Assembly (NCBI RefSeq): GCF_964204865.1
Contig: NC_135263.1
Location: 8,928,001-8,992,000 of the forward strand
DNA length: 64,000 nucleotides
DNA from: Styela clava
Taxonomy: Eukaryota
Direction of reading: 5' to 3'
The notes below the pieces were generated by a model, which searched no databases, was not told the DNA's origin, and worked only from the letters and a program-made list of their open reading frames with translations. Position 1 is the stretch's first letter; each line of letters opens with the position of its first letter. Positions 27,114-41,995 of the stretch are shown piece by piece. Position numbers and translations under genes: made by a program.

Positions 27114-30100
27114 TGACTTTTATACACATTTAAAGATTCGATGTAAGAAGGATACTTCAAATGCTTTGTATATTTTTGTTTAAAATGAACTTTATAGTAT
27201 TTTTAAGACCAAGGTCACCCCAAATTTGCGAACAATTGAATCGGCTGGACCCATGCTGTTAACTCATTCATATAAATTGTCTACTCCGCTCAAAACAGAG
27301 TGGCTTATATATTTCGTTGAGGTGCTGCTAAACTTCACGATGAAACAATAACAATTTCGCCCCGGGCAAATTATTTCAAGAAAATTTTCAGTGTATAAGC
27401 GTGACTGATTGCGGTAAACACAATACTATACAAACTTCATCTCAAAATTGCATCTGTATATAGCACATTTCTTTTGTTTAATATCAGCGACGGAATATTG
27501 CAGCATTTAAAAATTACGGTATTGGCGATATAAAACTGCCCACATGTTTCAGTTGTACTTAGACGCCACCCAGCAGAAATACATAAACTCTTGAGGTGAG
27601 GGCGGGAACGATTTTTAAAAGAGAATAAAAGAGAAATTTGATGCGCTTCTAGACACTCGACTCTCACCTCGAATTACGTCTATTCCGACGTGCTTGGGTA
27701 TCGCACGCCTCGGTGGCCATTGGTGTTTCTTTCGGGATCAAACGCCGTTTTGTTGGGTTCTGATCTCCAGATTTTGGGACGCGGACTAGTAAGGAGAGTT
27801 GTCTGGTATTAACCTCGCATTAGTCTTCTTTGAGTTGTTTGTAGGCTTTCGGTATAGTTTCACTGAATATTGATGTTTTTCGCGTATTTCAGTAGCAATA
27901 GGATATTACACGTGCTGCGAAACGAGTTCACATTTATCCGTGGTATAATCAAAGTGATAAAATACCATGTTTGTAGGATAAAACAAGACATCTCGCTAGC
28001 TAATATTGTGCGGAAGATGAACCGTTCTAGCATATTAGGTAGATAGGTATTAATAACAGTTTAGAATATCTACATTTTAACAATCGACATTGAAATACCA
28101 AAACATTGTGTGCATTTCAAGGAAATACTACGGTAAGTCGATTTGGAATTTACTGATACAAAATATCATTGTCTCTTGAAGTGAACCTTATTTCCGTATT
28201 TAGTTGTTGCTTAAATTTTAGTTCCCGTGGGACTTCAACCAAACGTTAGTGTCGAGTACGTGACTTGTGCAAGTTTGTTTTTGTAACTCACATGATTCGG
28301 CTTACATTATTCGGCTAAAATCATATTTTGTGCTACTGTATTCTATTAAAAAGAAACAACGTTAATCAAGTGAGGATTGTATAAGGAGTCGATGCATATT
28401 CAGCAGTACATAATTAGTTTAATCTCGTCCGCACCTACTCTTATATATTTAGCAGTACTCGCCATGACAACACAGTGTTGTTTGTAAACATTATAAATAG
28501 AATCGGCAATATCGACTGTTGTATTACTCAGATACTCAAATATATATGCAAAATAAAATATTTCACGATGCTCTACCCGCATTCACAATGAGAAATAAAC
28601 ATGTTGTAAACGATCCTCTGGAAACCACGTGTAGCGTTCAGCATATCTACCATGTTATTCAGTAAATACAGTAAGGCCAGACCTTATGACGCAATACCAC
28701 CAGGTATTTATAAAACTCAAGATATACTGCTGTTTTACATCTGAACTTTAATAAGAGTCGCCGGCTACTTACTACTAATAGAAAATGTTAATAAAAATTA
28801 TTTTATTAATTGAATGTGGCTCTCTATCGATAGAGCATGTATAAAATTGTTTCACTTTTACTCAGTCTGGTCGACATACGACTCCTTTTGTTAGATGAAA
28901 CATATGAGATTCATACCATGCTCTACATGCGTGTACAAACCCCTAACATGCTCTGCGCACACTGGCCCCATTAATATCGCGAAGACATATTTATTTTACG
29001 TCTTCATCTGAGTATAGCGATCATTTGATCCATTTAATTGAGTTCGTTCAAAGAGACGGCAAATGAGGCTCGTTATAATAATTGTTCCAGTGATGTAGAC
29101 TGTGAAATTAGTTGGAAGTTTTTCATGCTTTGCCTCTCAAAGAATTTAGATATGTGACATAATACCTCAGCTTTAGACAATATCGTCACGCTAATAACCA
29201 AATTGCGTGATTCATATTTAGCAATTTTGAGAAAAACGTAAAAAACTTCCTAATGATATTGTTATGCCATTGAGAGAAAAAAATTTCCCATGGTTCCATT
29301 TTTAGTCATATGCGGATTTTAAATTAATTTGTATGATGTAGGCATGTGACGTCATAATGTCGTACTGTGACTTACGCATAAATGTGGGTATGATTTGGGG
29401 ACATACGCAATTTTACAACTTGACTATATCATCAGTCTTGAAACCAAACATTCGAAAAACGTATGTCTAATCCCCAAAACAGCTTCTCTTTTTTTAATAA
29501 CATTTTTAATGTTTGAAATATATATTTCATCAATATAACGCGCATTTGCAATAAAATGCATGTCACATAAATCTCCATTTTTATGCGTTCCGGAATCCCT
29601 GGGATAAAATCTGAATTAACTGACAGGTTACATAATTAACTATTGTGTAATAAACTCAAAACCGCCAAAAAGTGACTTAGGCAATTCGGTTATTAGCCTG
29701 ACAATATTTTTAAATGTAGACATCTTGATTACTTCAAATGTCCTATCTTGGGTTAGATCGCCCAATACTCACCAGCCGTGGACATGATTGAACTACAGGC
29801 TGACTGTGTGAATCAATAATTTAAAATATTCCTACATCTAATCGGATTTAAGCAAGCCCTAAATTTTATAGTTTCTTCGAGTCTGTTAGCTGTATAACTA
29901 TTTACTTTAATTTTAGACCTTGTGACCTGTTCTTGGCTGCGTGTCAGTCACCCAAGTTGTTGTGTAATTATATGCATCAGAATCAGGTTGAATTTCATAA
30001 ATAAAACATTTTTAATTCATAACTCATTCGCCCAATTTGTTAGTCTGTGTCGTTATAGCTATTTATGCTGTTATAGGGATGATTTAATAGGCCATGATTT

Positions 30101-33100
30101 TGCCCCAGTTGCATTATCAAATTAACTTTTTGAATGTTATGCTTCGAGATTAGTATAGCCGAGCTTCATAATTTCGTCGTTTTCGTGGGGTTTTTGTCGC
30201 TTATGATTATTCCACTTGATATCATATATTATATCATTAATTTTGCCTATCCTGATGCACCTAGTCTTCCAAAGAGAAAATTGCCGATAAGATATAGAAG
30301 ATATATTATACATAGGTAATATATGAAGAAAACTAATTTTATACTTATATTTAAGACATGATATGAACGCTGCCATCTCCCAAAGTGTGTAACCTGCAAA
30401 TAAATAACTTTTATTTTTAAGCTAACGGGGTCAATGTTTCTTTTTTTGTAAGCATTCGGATTGACATAAGACACTAAATTGTAACTTTGCAAATTTGTGT
30501 CATGACACACGATTTGCGTCATTCATAAAATGTAACAATCGACAAATTTTGTCAAAGTTATTGACTTGTATATTTGCTGCTTATTTCCGACGTTAATTAC
30601 GTCACTTCGACCAATGATGCATGCCGGTCGATGCGTTTCTTGTTGTGTGGCGTACTGCGGCATTCGAAGTTGCAAGAGCTGCAGACCTAAGGAGGTTGTT
30701 GACGTACCTGTTACATAGCTAATTGGTCCAAGTCTAATTAAAAAAAAAAAAGTAGTATGTATCACTATTGACCAGGCTAATGTTCGGGATGCTCATTTTC
30801 ATCTCAGAAAGGCGCTGAACTGTTATTGTACCACCAAAAATTTTGACAACAGTGTTGTTTTTCTTTATTCTACTTTGGTTAGGATAAAATGGAGCGATAA
30901 ACGAAAACATATCAGAATGGAGTTTAACCAAAAAAATTCATTTTCATAAAAACTGGATGTCAGAATCAGTTTAGAATTCTATATCCCTATTTCGTTTTGA
31001 ACGTAATTAATACCTTATAATGTTATTAATAAATCCACGTGACTCATGTCATTGAAAGTATGCTTTCCTGAGTTTGTGTTTGTGTTTTATGCTTTGCTGT
31101 GAAATAGATCATAGTTCAAACATGGGCTGCAGTTGTGGGTTAGCAAATCTATCTACGGCCGAGTGCCATCCCAATCAATTGAGTGTCACGTTTGTTTTAG
31201 GTTAGCATTAGACAAGGCCGAATATAGACTAGATTTGGTTGGCGATATACCTTTCGAGGTTAAGAATAATATGAAATCTCATCAATAAATAGATTGCGGC
31301 ATATTGCTTCCTTTTATTTAGCTAGAAAGTTTGCAATGAAGTATTCATTGAAGATAGGTGTACGTGGCAAACTGTCAGTGCCCATTTTCACAGGGCACGG
31401 GGGATATTATTGGTATACTTATTATTAACTTTTACTCTCATTCGTTTTATTATTATTTCGAAAAGATAGGTAAATTCCCATCCACAATTCTTTTGGATAT
31501 TGTCACCGATCTCCAAAATTTGCGTTAAACCAATTTCCCATATGCTTATTTTCCGAGGTTATTAAAATACGCCGTAGTTAGATGCGCAATGATCTATTCT
31601 ATTGCGTGGAAGCAGCCGCTATTCAACAGGAAATGTTTTTCCAATGAGACATTGTGTCAAGAATTTTTGCGGAAAACATACGAAATACGAATGTTGGCTT
31701 TAGAGTTCTTGCGTGGGTTTTGAGGGGATCGGGAGTAAAGTAAGTCCAGATCTCTTCCATAAATGAATAATTTGCTAACTAGGTAGTAGGTAGTGTAGTT
31801 GTATAATTCTGTTGGTTGTATAATGCCAGGCTAAAAACGAATCAATGTTCAAATTAATGTGGGTTAGTGCAGCCAGAATTGAGGCCTTGTCTATCAGGAC
31901 GACCGTCAGTTTTTAATTCTGTCCTAATATTTGTACCGAGTAATATCTGAGTACGGGCTCAATTCTGTGATTTGGTATTATGCCCCACATACTCATATCA
32001 AAGTGTCATGTGTTTCCCATTTGATTAATTGCACCATCTTTGAATTCAGTTTCAGACCAATCAGATTCCGAATACTACTTTTTGACTCTAGTACATGTTA
32101 ATTTTATCTGGTGTCACTGAAAAACCCGAAGTGCTCGACACATGTCGCTTAAAATAGCGAGACGTAAACAACCGGAGAGGGTGAATTCCATTCTTGTGAC
32201 GTGGTGACGTGGCTACTCAAATGTTCGTGCTCTTTACTTTTGTCTCGATCGGTAATTGTGTTTTGCTCAACACGAATTGATTATTATTGAATATTTGATT
32301 TTATTTATCTAAAATTAACACCAGTCCATGGGTATTGAATTCAGCCCCTATTCGTGTTTAATTTTTCTATCTCAGTACAGTAGTTAGTTTTGAAAAGTCA
32401 TGAATTTGTGAACATTTTTGAAAAATTATCCAATAATTTTTCGACTTTGATTTGAATCGACAACATTTTTCACGTCGTAGTTTATTTAAACTAGGCTTTG
32501 CAGCCGGATTTTATTCCTTATAAATTTTTAAATTTCAGTGAGTGACAACTTGACGCCTTTATAATTTTCATGTATATTTCATGAAATACTGTGGTATAAT
32601 TGGGAATATTAGAGTGCAATTGCGAGTAATTACTTGCTGTTTTCTAATTTAAATCATTTACTGTACGATGTTGATGGATAGCGTTACTTTGTGTAGTTTA
32701 AGATTCAAAATCATTCGAAAAATATTTGTGAATTTCGGTTAACTTATCTCGGTAAGTGGTTTGGGAAATGTGTTATTGTGCCTGAGATGAAATAACATCA
32801 AAAAGTTAGTAAAATACCCTATTTTTTACAGTTCGTTCACACTGCTGGAGTTGTGAATAATAATACTACTACTAATGAATCGAGCGCATATGCCCTATAA
32901 TTCACTTCATTGTAACCATTGTGTTCGTCCCATACGTCGCGACTTCGGTTTGCTATAACTATATGGGGTTTTAAAAAACGTGCCTCGTATTTGACTTAAT
33001 TAGGCGTTAGGCTTTACAACTTGATTCGAAATTGGGTTGAAGACAGTTACGAAAAAAAAGTAGGGCGTTTTTACATGTTTGGGCGATTGGTAACACTACT

Positions 33101-33720
33101 AGCGAGAGCAAAATATGTCAATTGTCTGTACTTATGTTTATAATAAATTAATTTTATAATATCCAAGTAGTGTTGGTAAAAAATTTCGAGAAATTCGGTT
33201 TTCACGCAACGCTGAACAGCAAACCTCATTCGGCTACATACAACGCAGAAAAGTAATCTGTCGAGTGGAAGCGATGGTCTCCTCGATAAGCCTGAATAAC
33301 TCGGCCGCATTTCTTGAGCAGCAGTAGTCAATAGTCTTAGAATGAAAGCTCAGGAATTTTTCGATGTAGCCTTACGATATATACTAAAACTTAGTTCGAC
33401 GTTCCGCATACCACACTAGCATGGACGCACACATGCATGCAAAAATAATTAGGCGATTTGTTGTGAGGATAGTATTATGACTACCATGACAATTTGAATC
33501 AATTTATCTTCATATTTGCTGTTTATTTTTCCATGCGTTAGTTAATAGATGAAATAATTACTATATAGCCATATATCTCTTACTACTGAAATCTGTGAAG
33601 GAGGGTTTCATCTGTTTGCGTCGGTTAGACTTGTATATGCAGTTTGGATTTTACCGTATATGAAGTTAGATTGGATTGGTTGCATTTATATAGAGTTCGT
33701 GGATCGTCGTAATCAATAAC

Positions 33721-33769
33721 ATGGGAAACTTATTTTCCAAGAGTGGGAACTTCTCTCCCGGAAGAAATA
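33721..33769 (+). CDS. Putative first coding exon (N-myristoylation signal MGNLFSK) of the long multi-repeat thymosin isoform
   Basis: AACATGG start context. MGNLFSKSGNFSPGRN is followed by a consensus donor A|GTGAGT in phase 1, matching the phase of the 48433 and 49347 acceptors. Two ATTGG boxes and TTTATATAGA lie just upstream (33670-33694). Confidence 0.6.
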
Positions 33770-36700
33770 GTGAGTATACGTTTTATTTCTATTTACTTAT
33801 TTGATATTGAATTTGTACGTCGGTACAATCTTGAAAGTTGAATGGTTGCCAGCTTTTCAATATTCGTCACTCACATTGGTATTGGTCGTTTATCTGGTCT
33901 AACTCGGCCATGGTCATGCTAATAATCTAGGAGAATTTTTGTTGATCGGTCCATGCCATTTGTGCTAAAACTTGCTCAGTTTATGTGTGATGAAATGCCA
34001 CGTAGTTTCAAATCGTAAACGAACATGCAGTAAGCCTACTCCGTATAGTTGCGGTTGATCTTCATAGAATTATTATCAAAACATTTCGTGTTTCCCGGAT
34101 CTGTCTGATACTGTTGGAATTTATATATGGTTTGACGTAATGGAATCAAAATCGAAGAAAAGTTGGAGAGTTTGGAAGAAACAACGGTAATGTTTCGTTG
34201 CGTTGTTGTCGATCCCATTGAATGATCTAATCATCTAATGATTGGTTCCGATAATTGCCTCTGTTAGTTTTTGGGGGGACGATCATTATTTGAATATATT
34301 GCTGCATGGTTACTGCTGGGGAAGCTTAGGGTGTATTTCATCAAATAACGGGTGGAAAAATCATCCACAATCGGATATAAAGAACAGAATTCGTTTCTTT
34401 TATGGAACTGTAGAATAATTTCCAATGAGCACAGTGTCACTTTTGAGTTTTTTGTATTAGCCTGGAGTAGTGTAAGCACAAAATGTATTTCTCCGTCATC
34501 CCGTTCTTTCAGATGTACGGGAGAGCATCTTTGTCCCAAAAATTTATGCAAATGTAAATTTTGTCCATTTGAGGATCGCAGTGCAATGTCGAAAATGTGC
34601 CAAGCATGCTACTGTATTTCAGCATACGCGCGAGTATCCATTACACACTACCTGTTACAGTGTCGTGTAACTGGACGAATAACATCGCAGATAAATCGAT
34701 TTTTCGTGAAGACGTTCCTCTTTTTATGTACTATTCATACCTTAACATGGAAGGGCCCGATAGTATATTAACTCATGCAATTGCAACATGAAGGGATACC
34801 ATAAACCGACAAGGAAACACATAATTCGCACTCAAAACTTTTTTAAATTGTGCATCGTGTTTTCAAATCTTGGGATATCTAAGCTCAAGAAGAGTGTGGG
34901 TCAGCTCTTTCATGTCGTCGTAGGTTGGAACATTCATTAGTTTGCTACGCCGGTGCTTAGCAATGTGGAGAATGAGTCAAATATTTGTTTACAATTGATT
35001 GGTAAATTAATACGCTACACGAGTATGTGGTAACTGGCAATCATCTATGAAATATTGGTAGCGCTTTCGAGTGTCTGTTTTAGTACAGAAATGCCACTCA
35101 TGATGGTCAACTTACAATTCTTTCAACAATATTGTTGATTTATATATATATGCTGTACTGTCTAAATCTAAATTAGGGTTTTGATCACAAGTTGGATGAA
35201 AAAACCAAATTGCCAACCCCAACATTTTTACTTTGATTATTTAATCAAAATCGATCCTATTTGAAAGTAGTAAAATAGTAAAACGAAAGTTTTTTTATTC
35301 TAATATTCCTGAAAAATATTATATGCTATTAAAATGGTTGATATACGTGACACATAATAATCACAACATTGAATTTAACTTTTGAAATAATTGTGCTCGC
35401 TCATTTGACTTGAACACGATGAGCTGTTTGCTGATTATTTTATAAATGCTGTCAGCTTGTAGTTGCCGGTTGCGGCTTTGGTTCGCTGAGCGGGTGCGGA
35501 GAAATTTCTACTCGTTGCCAAAACTTCTGCAAGAATGTTAAGAATGTATCGGCGATTGCGTGTACCGCACAATAATGAAAAAATAATGAAAAATACGACG
35601 AACGTTCTTTAAGAGTTGCCTAACGAGCTGTAATGCGGCAGAAAACTCATAAACCGTAATAATAGTTATCTCTTACTTCTCTCTAGTCACTTCCGTAGTA
35701 TTTATTTGTTGTACAATATTTAAGTGAATTCAATGGATCATCGGATCTTCATTGGACTTTCAATAATCGGAATTATTTCAACTTCATTACACAAAATACA
35801 TGAAGTATTCTTTTGGCATATTTTGTTTTTTTAATTGAACGATTTTTATGACTGAACTTGTTACTGGTATACTTATCAACTGTAGCAGTACTCTTTGTAG
35901 AAGTTGAATTAGCTGCTTCGTAGTTGCTTTTAATATCGCTGACTTGGTTAGTACAAGTATATATACACGCGCTTAAAATTCTTGAGAACAAGTCAATTCC
36001 CCGATCTTCTTGTAATTTCGTGGTTCTGTGCATTCCCATGTTCGTGGCTTTATTAAAAAGCGTTGACAAACAGTATGGCGAAAACGAGTCACACGAGTTA
36101 GGAGACCTTTACAGATACATAATAAACTACAGGTACATATTGCAGAAAAACTTCACCATAAAACTAGTTGACTTGAATTTGTTGAAGGGGTGTTTTAAGA
36201 TGATTTAAATGTTCCAACTAATGGACCGAACTTTTATTACTTTTTAACATCTTATGCCTGTATTATCATTATAAATTTACCAGCAGACCAATAAAATATT
36301 TTCCTTGAATGACGGCTTTTAACTTGACCATCACAAGTAAAAGTAGCGTGCTGTCTTCTAACATTAATAATAGTGCGCAACTCTTTATCTCTTGTTCAAA
36401 AGAATATGAAAATAAATATTGATTCTTAAATTTGAATTAAAGTTGTAAAAAATAAAAATAAGATAAACGGATGATCATAACGTTCGAATCTAATTTTCAT
36501 CCGCGCTTCGATGTTTTTGTATATAGTTTAAAACGAACAAATATGTTACTTCAGCTTCATGCGAACAATAGATCTAAATCTAGTGCTCTCATTACACTGT
36601 TCATTGTATTTTGTTCATTCCTATCATATATACTTATTGGAAGACCGGCAACTTTTGCAACACAATTCGGTTACTGCCGAAAGGGGAGTGAAATACATGT

Positions 36701-38639
36701 GAATTGTCTATCTTCCGATTGAATTCCAAATCTTAAAATTGCCTTGTTCGATTGATTTTATGTGATTCTTTGATCAATCAGGCGCAAATGTAGCAATCAA
36801 CACTCTAAAAATGGCAATAAATCATATCAAGAGTTTATTAGTCTGTATTAGTGAACTGTGTGGTGTGGCTATCCCACAAAATACAAATAATATTTGTTTG
36901 TATACTCTCGTCATATACTGTGAACAAATTTATCAAATTCACTATGATTTAAAAATGAAACCGCATTTAAGCAGCATGCCACTTTATTATACCCACCCAA
37001 GTATGTTTGGTGTGTGATTGGTTGATAATGAGCGTGATCTATATGCACCTAACATTTAATTCCGATTACACCAATCTTACACAATTACTTGTGTTTGCCA
37101 GAGAAGTGAATAATTTTTTTTTACTGTAGTACGAGCGTATTTATTTTTTCACTACACGAAAACAACTCATCTTCTCACAGATAAATGCCGAGCATGGGAA
37201 TGAGCCATCGTAGCCCGAGGCGTAGATAGCGTGTTGACTGAAATAAATGGGATATTTGTTTCAAGTAAAGATAGTAATATTGTGCTCAGAAACGCTAAAC
37301 CACTTATTTTACTTCGTCTGTTGCTCTCTTTATTTGCGAATCGAACGTTGATAGCTGTATTGCGCTGTTAATAAAACACGATACATTTCGTTGTTTTTGG
37401 CAATATTAACCTGTGGCCACAGCAACGTCTTTTTCTTCTTGTAACATGACACACTGATATTGTAATCCCGTAATGTATGTAACTCCGAAAAAAGTAATAC
37501 TCTTAGCTTACCACAATGTCCAGTGTTACAGTAAAGGTTGTTTGTAAAACGCAATATTATTAATTCTTTTTTCTTGGAAACATCACCCCATGGTCCTACT
37601 TTCAGAAATTGCTCAATCCAAATGAAGTGGCATTATCGGGTTATAGCATAACATTCAGTGAATCGAATACGATTTTCTCCTCTATTATCCCTCAAAATTG
37701 TATGCAAATCGCCTAATTTATTTAGTCCATTTAGTCCTATGCTGTGATTATATGGTCTCGTTTTGATCAGATTTAAATAATGGTTCGAATCGCCGGGTCG
37801 TCTTGACAAGGTGGTTTATAGGGAGCGATGGGATTCAGTGGATTGGAATGACGTCTCTCGAGTCAAGTCACCGTTGATCCAGGTGCCCAGTTCAGTCGAG
37901 TTTAAACTCATCGGGCTAGTTTAGTTTTCTCAAAACTGGACCGCATCGATGTCGAATTTTAAAATGCGAGCGTGTAAATTACTTTTTAACTCTTTCTGCC
38001 CTGGACCGCGATATCGAAAAAACACTATATTCCTGGCGTTTTCGAACAAAATTCACAAACTTTAAAAAATTGTCAAAAGCTAACCATAGGCCCAATCCCT
38101 ACAGTTCTTGGTTTTTTTGAAAGGCAACTCCAAGCACAGCACCAGGAAACTAAGTTTTTCACACCTGTTCTAACAGCAAGCCAGTGGCATGGCTCAGCTT
38201 TGACACACTTTTTACGGCTCTCAAATTTCGTCCGAAATATGACTAAAATGACCACTTTCAAAGACAAAATACTCACACACAAACTATAAACACTACACAT
38301 ATCAAACTTACTCACAAGAAGGGTAGAGGTGTAACCTTATTGGGAAAATTTGCAGTTTTTCTCTAACTGACATGAAATTGTCATGGTAGGCTGATGAATT
38401 TCAGGTAAATGGCAGAAATTTTCGAAAAAATTGAAAATTTTGTTTTCGAAAAATCAGATATTTATATTTACATACGAGTAAAAAATGACACAAAAAAATT
38501 AAATTCAGTCAGTTTTGAAAGAATGTGAATAACAGTGGTGAAAAACAATGTGAAAAGAAAGTGTGCATACGAAATAATAATAGCGAAAATGAAGAATTAC
38601 ACAGTATGTACATAAAACACCTTGGTGCACGTAAAAAGA

Positions 38640-38720
38640 AAAATCAGTCTCTGACAAAGTCAACAAAAATCACAGTCTCTGGCAAAGACAACAAAAATCA
38701 CAGTCTCTGATAAAGTCAAC
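38640..38720. repeat. ~28-bp tandem repeat x3 inside the piggyBac element
   Basis: Unit approximately AAAATCACAGTCTCTGACAAAGTCAACA repeated three times with few substitutions. Confidence 0.8.
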
Positions 38721-38749
38721 ATCACAATATTGCACATAAGTTTTGATTC

Positions 38750-39282
38750 CTATTCCCAATAGTTTGGGAGGGTGTGAAACTTCTCGAAACACGGGGTAAC
38801 ACAAAGTGTTACCTGGCATTTCTCACACCAATATGAAGACCTTTTTTGTTTCAATTTTCTGCTACTGCCTTCTCTTTCTCTTTCTTTTTTGTCCCGTTCA
38901 GAACACACCCTGCAAACTCGTGATCGCCGAGGGCTCGAAGCTCCGAACATTCCGCCCGTTGACGCTGCTGCTTCAGCTGGTACATCTTCTGTGCTTGCAG
39001 CATAGCGCCTAGCCGGGACTGGGATAACCTCTTCATCGGAGCTAGATGACTCACTCGTCTCTTCCCACTCGTCACCAGAACTAAAAGAAAAATTGCGTTG
39101 ATTAACGACTGGATTATTACTAATAACAAGTCCAAGCTATGAGGCTTGCTCAAACAATTGCCACAGTCAGCTTACAAACTATCATTTTCTCAGAATATAA
39201 AGAAAATTTTTTTTAAAAAATAGCAGAAGAATGCATGCAGGTATTGCACTTACCTTGCATCAAAATCGCTCTCACTCTCCAT
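38750..39282 (-). CDS. Spliced 119-aa piggyBac-derived ORF: acidic N-terminus fused in frame to the Cys-rich domain, no DDD catalytic core
   Basis: Exon 39282-39254 (ATG..GCAAG|GTAAGT) plus exon 39080-38750 (TTTTCTTTTAG|) gives MESESDFDASSGDEWEETSESSSSDEEVIPVPARRYAASTEDVPAEAAASTGGMFGASSPRRSRVCRVCSERDKKEREREGSSRKLKQKRSSYWCEKCQVTLCVTPCFEKFHTLPNYWE with no internal stop. Confidence 0.6.
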
Positions 39283-40607
39283 TACGGTACCTTGTCTGAT
39301 TTATAGCTACCAGAATCCTAATAAACTTACAAATACGTCTTATATAACAATATCCCTTTAGAACCGAAATCAACTGCATAACAATAATAAAAAGACGACT
39401 CTCGTCCGCAGTCATAAACACTATCCCCTGTGTCGACGACAAATGAATAGTCCAAAGTCTACTCTGAAGTCTCAAAACAAAGAACGAATGTTCCCTAGCT
39501 ATTTTTGGTGGTTTACGAGCTTCAATTTTCAATGAACAAACATACAACTGCAGAGAAAAAAGCAGAAAAATATCAAAAAAGGGGAACACCCTTTAAATCG
39601 CCCAATACGCTCGAATGGTTCGAGCGATAGCTCATAATAACGGGCTCGAAACACACTAACGATTGATACCAAGATCGTATGCCTCGTGCCCGTTGAAGCG
39701 GAGATATGACGTCATATTTTACCCGCAATATACTGGGGTTCAGGTTGGGGGTGTTTCTCGCCATCCACATTATAGTGCGGCTCAGGGCGCAAAGAGTTAA
39801 ATATACTTGACGGTTTTCGAGTACTGATTAAAATTTCATCTTTATATGACATAAATTCTTGTTACCAGCGCAAAACAAAATGATCACAATTTTTTAGTTG
39901 CAGATTTCATATAATAACGATTCCGTTTACTTTGTTCTACTGTTACAGGTCCGTTGTCTTGTATCATGTATTGCATTTTGCCAAGAGTCATACGACCGGA
40001 ATTTACATTTTTAATATTTAATAATCCGCAGTTGGTATCTTTATATAGCATACGTATCACAAAAAAAATAGTATTTTTCTCATTTGGTACCGATCATTTA
40101 TCGACTTTGCACTGTTTATTCACCGACACCGGCGAAATTTAACAGAAAAAAAATTCGAAACTCAAAGCAGCTGTGCCCTTTCGAACACGAGTGTTAAGAG
40201 TTTAACATAAAATTTAGATGAAGTACAACCAACTCTCTTCGACTGCTAGAGGTTTTTAGACCGGTAACTTGCATTTTTTTAATGATGTGTATGATAAAGA
40301 TATATCTATCAATTTTTCTATCTTCCGCTAGATGGAGATATTAGGCAATAAAATTCGGAAGAAACGTCATTAAATGGGGATGTGTATTTCACGCCTCGGA
40401 ATCGCATAAGTTCACGTCGCAATGTGATGGCTATATTTAAATTAATTTGTTAGGGCAACTAACTAATTGTTCACCTAACTAGGATTTTGTGTATTGGTTC
40501 ACAAGATATGGCCAGAGTTTAAATGTTATTGCATTTACGTGCAACATGATTATTTATAATGACCCTTCACAATTATTTTCGTATTCCAAACGCGCATATG
40601 AATTTTA

Positions 40608-40812
40608 CGGTTCCATTACATTTGAACCCACGTACATTTGAACCCACGACGATTGCACCGGCATACTATTGCACCTCTGGATTTTTTTGTTGTTTTACGG
40701 ATATTTGAACCCATACTAACCCTAACCCATGGGTTTTGTACCCGCATATAGATTGGACCCGCGAATATACACATGGGTTCAAATGTACGTGGGTTCAAAT
40801 GTACGGTCACCG
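40608..40812. mobile_element. MITE family A, copy 3
   Basis: Same TIRs, TSD AATTTTA (40601-40607 / 40813-40819), internal CTAACCCTAACCC. Confidence 0.9.
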
Positions 40813-41995
40813 AATTTTACTACCAAACCGCCATTTTTGAGTCATCAGGTCTTAGTATAAGTTCGCAAGGATACAGATATACAAATATTATTACTTGCTT
40901 TTCGTCTTCAACGACTGTTTTATATTGGGCCCAATAACAAAGAATAAAACATGGACATATATTGGACGCACCGTTTATTCGTGAGAGGTATTGCCGACGC
41001 GAAATTCTTAGATGAAGTAAATTTCTATTCTAAAAAATTCTGAAATTCTAAAGGCTTGTAAATTGTAATACAGTACCAATATGACTCGCCTATATCAGTC
41101 AAAGTAAGGGAAGTGAGGTTTCAGATTGGACATCATCGATTATGACATTCACTTGTTCCCATTCATAAAGTGTTGTAAGACTTAGTATATATATATAGTC
41201 CCAATGTAGCCATGTAAAATAGTGGAGAGACTGACAATTGACTAACGTTCCTTCAAATGGCCAGTGACGATTTGTTTGCCCAGTTGGAAGACACTCCCAA
41301 TGAGTCAACGAACGTCGCGGGGTATGCCGATGTAGCATTTAACTATTTTTCATTAGGGACTAGTCAGAATAATATGATGGCGGCGCTTGGAACTGTGATT
41401 TACTCACATCCCATGTATGGTAATTGGTAATACATAACACATGTCGAAATGGGATATTCAGAAAAGCGGGAATATGCTTATTATACACGTTCTGTCAACG
41501 GATAATTTAACAGAAGCTCTGGATCGCAACAGCAATATTGAAAATCTTATCATTGTTTAAGGATTGGGACCCAACCAAGACATGTTAATGTCCAATGCCA
41601 GTGAATGAAGTTATTTCAAGTATGGTTTTAAATGTAGAAAGTGACGTGACCGCAGACTGTGGTCAGACCTAATTTCATTGTTAGTCGGTTACGCCGAACG
41701 GAGTACATGAAATTCAGAACTGCCTGTTCGCACTACTTCCAATCTCATGCACGTCGTTTATCTTTAATCTGTATCTGATTTAGGTAATTAAGTACAATCC
41801 AAACAATCAACATTTCATTTTATTTATTTTATATTCATGTAATGGCCACAATGATCAGAAAACTAATACTGAAAAAAATCACATTCTAAAAGCGTAAATG
41901 AAAAGTAATTGGTGCTACTAAGACTGAAAATTAGGTTCTCGCAGGTTATGGATTGTTTTTTGTGTGATTGTGTGTAGAAAGGTAAAGAAGGGAAA

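Larger units (their letters stand above)
37990..39796 (-). mobile_element. Internally deleted piggyBac element (1807 bp)
   Basis: TTAA|CTCTTTCTGCCCTGGACCGC ... GCGGCTCAGGGCGCAAAGAG|TTAA (imperfect TIR, TTAA TSD). Encodes the piggyBac C-terminal Cys-rich domain CRVC...YWCEKCQVTLCVTPCFEKFH. Confidence 0.9.

Noticed and set aside
34352-34771. 139-aa ORF with clustered cysteines
   Set aside because: No recognisable zinc-finger spacing, splice context or coding bias. It lies in a long intron.
15530-41310. Multiple TGA(C/G)TCA AP-1-like sites around the thymosin genes
   Set aside because: The number noticed is close to what base composition predicts, so there is no demonstrable enrichment.
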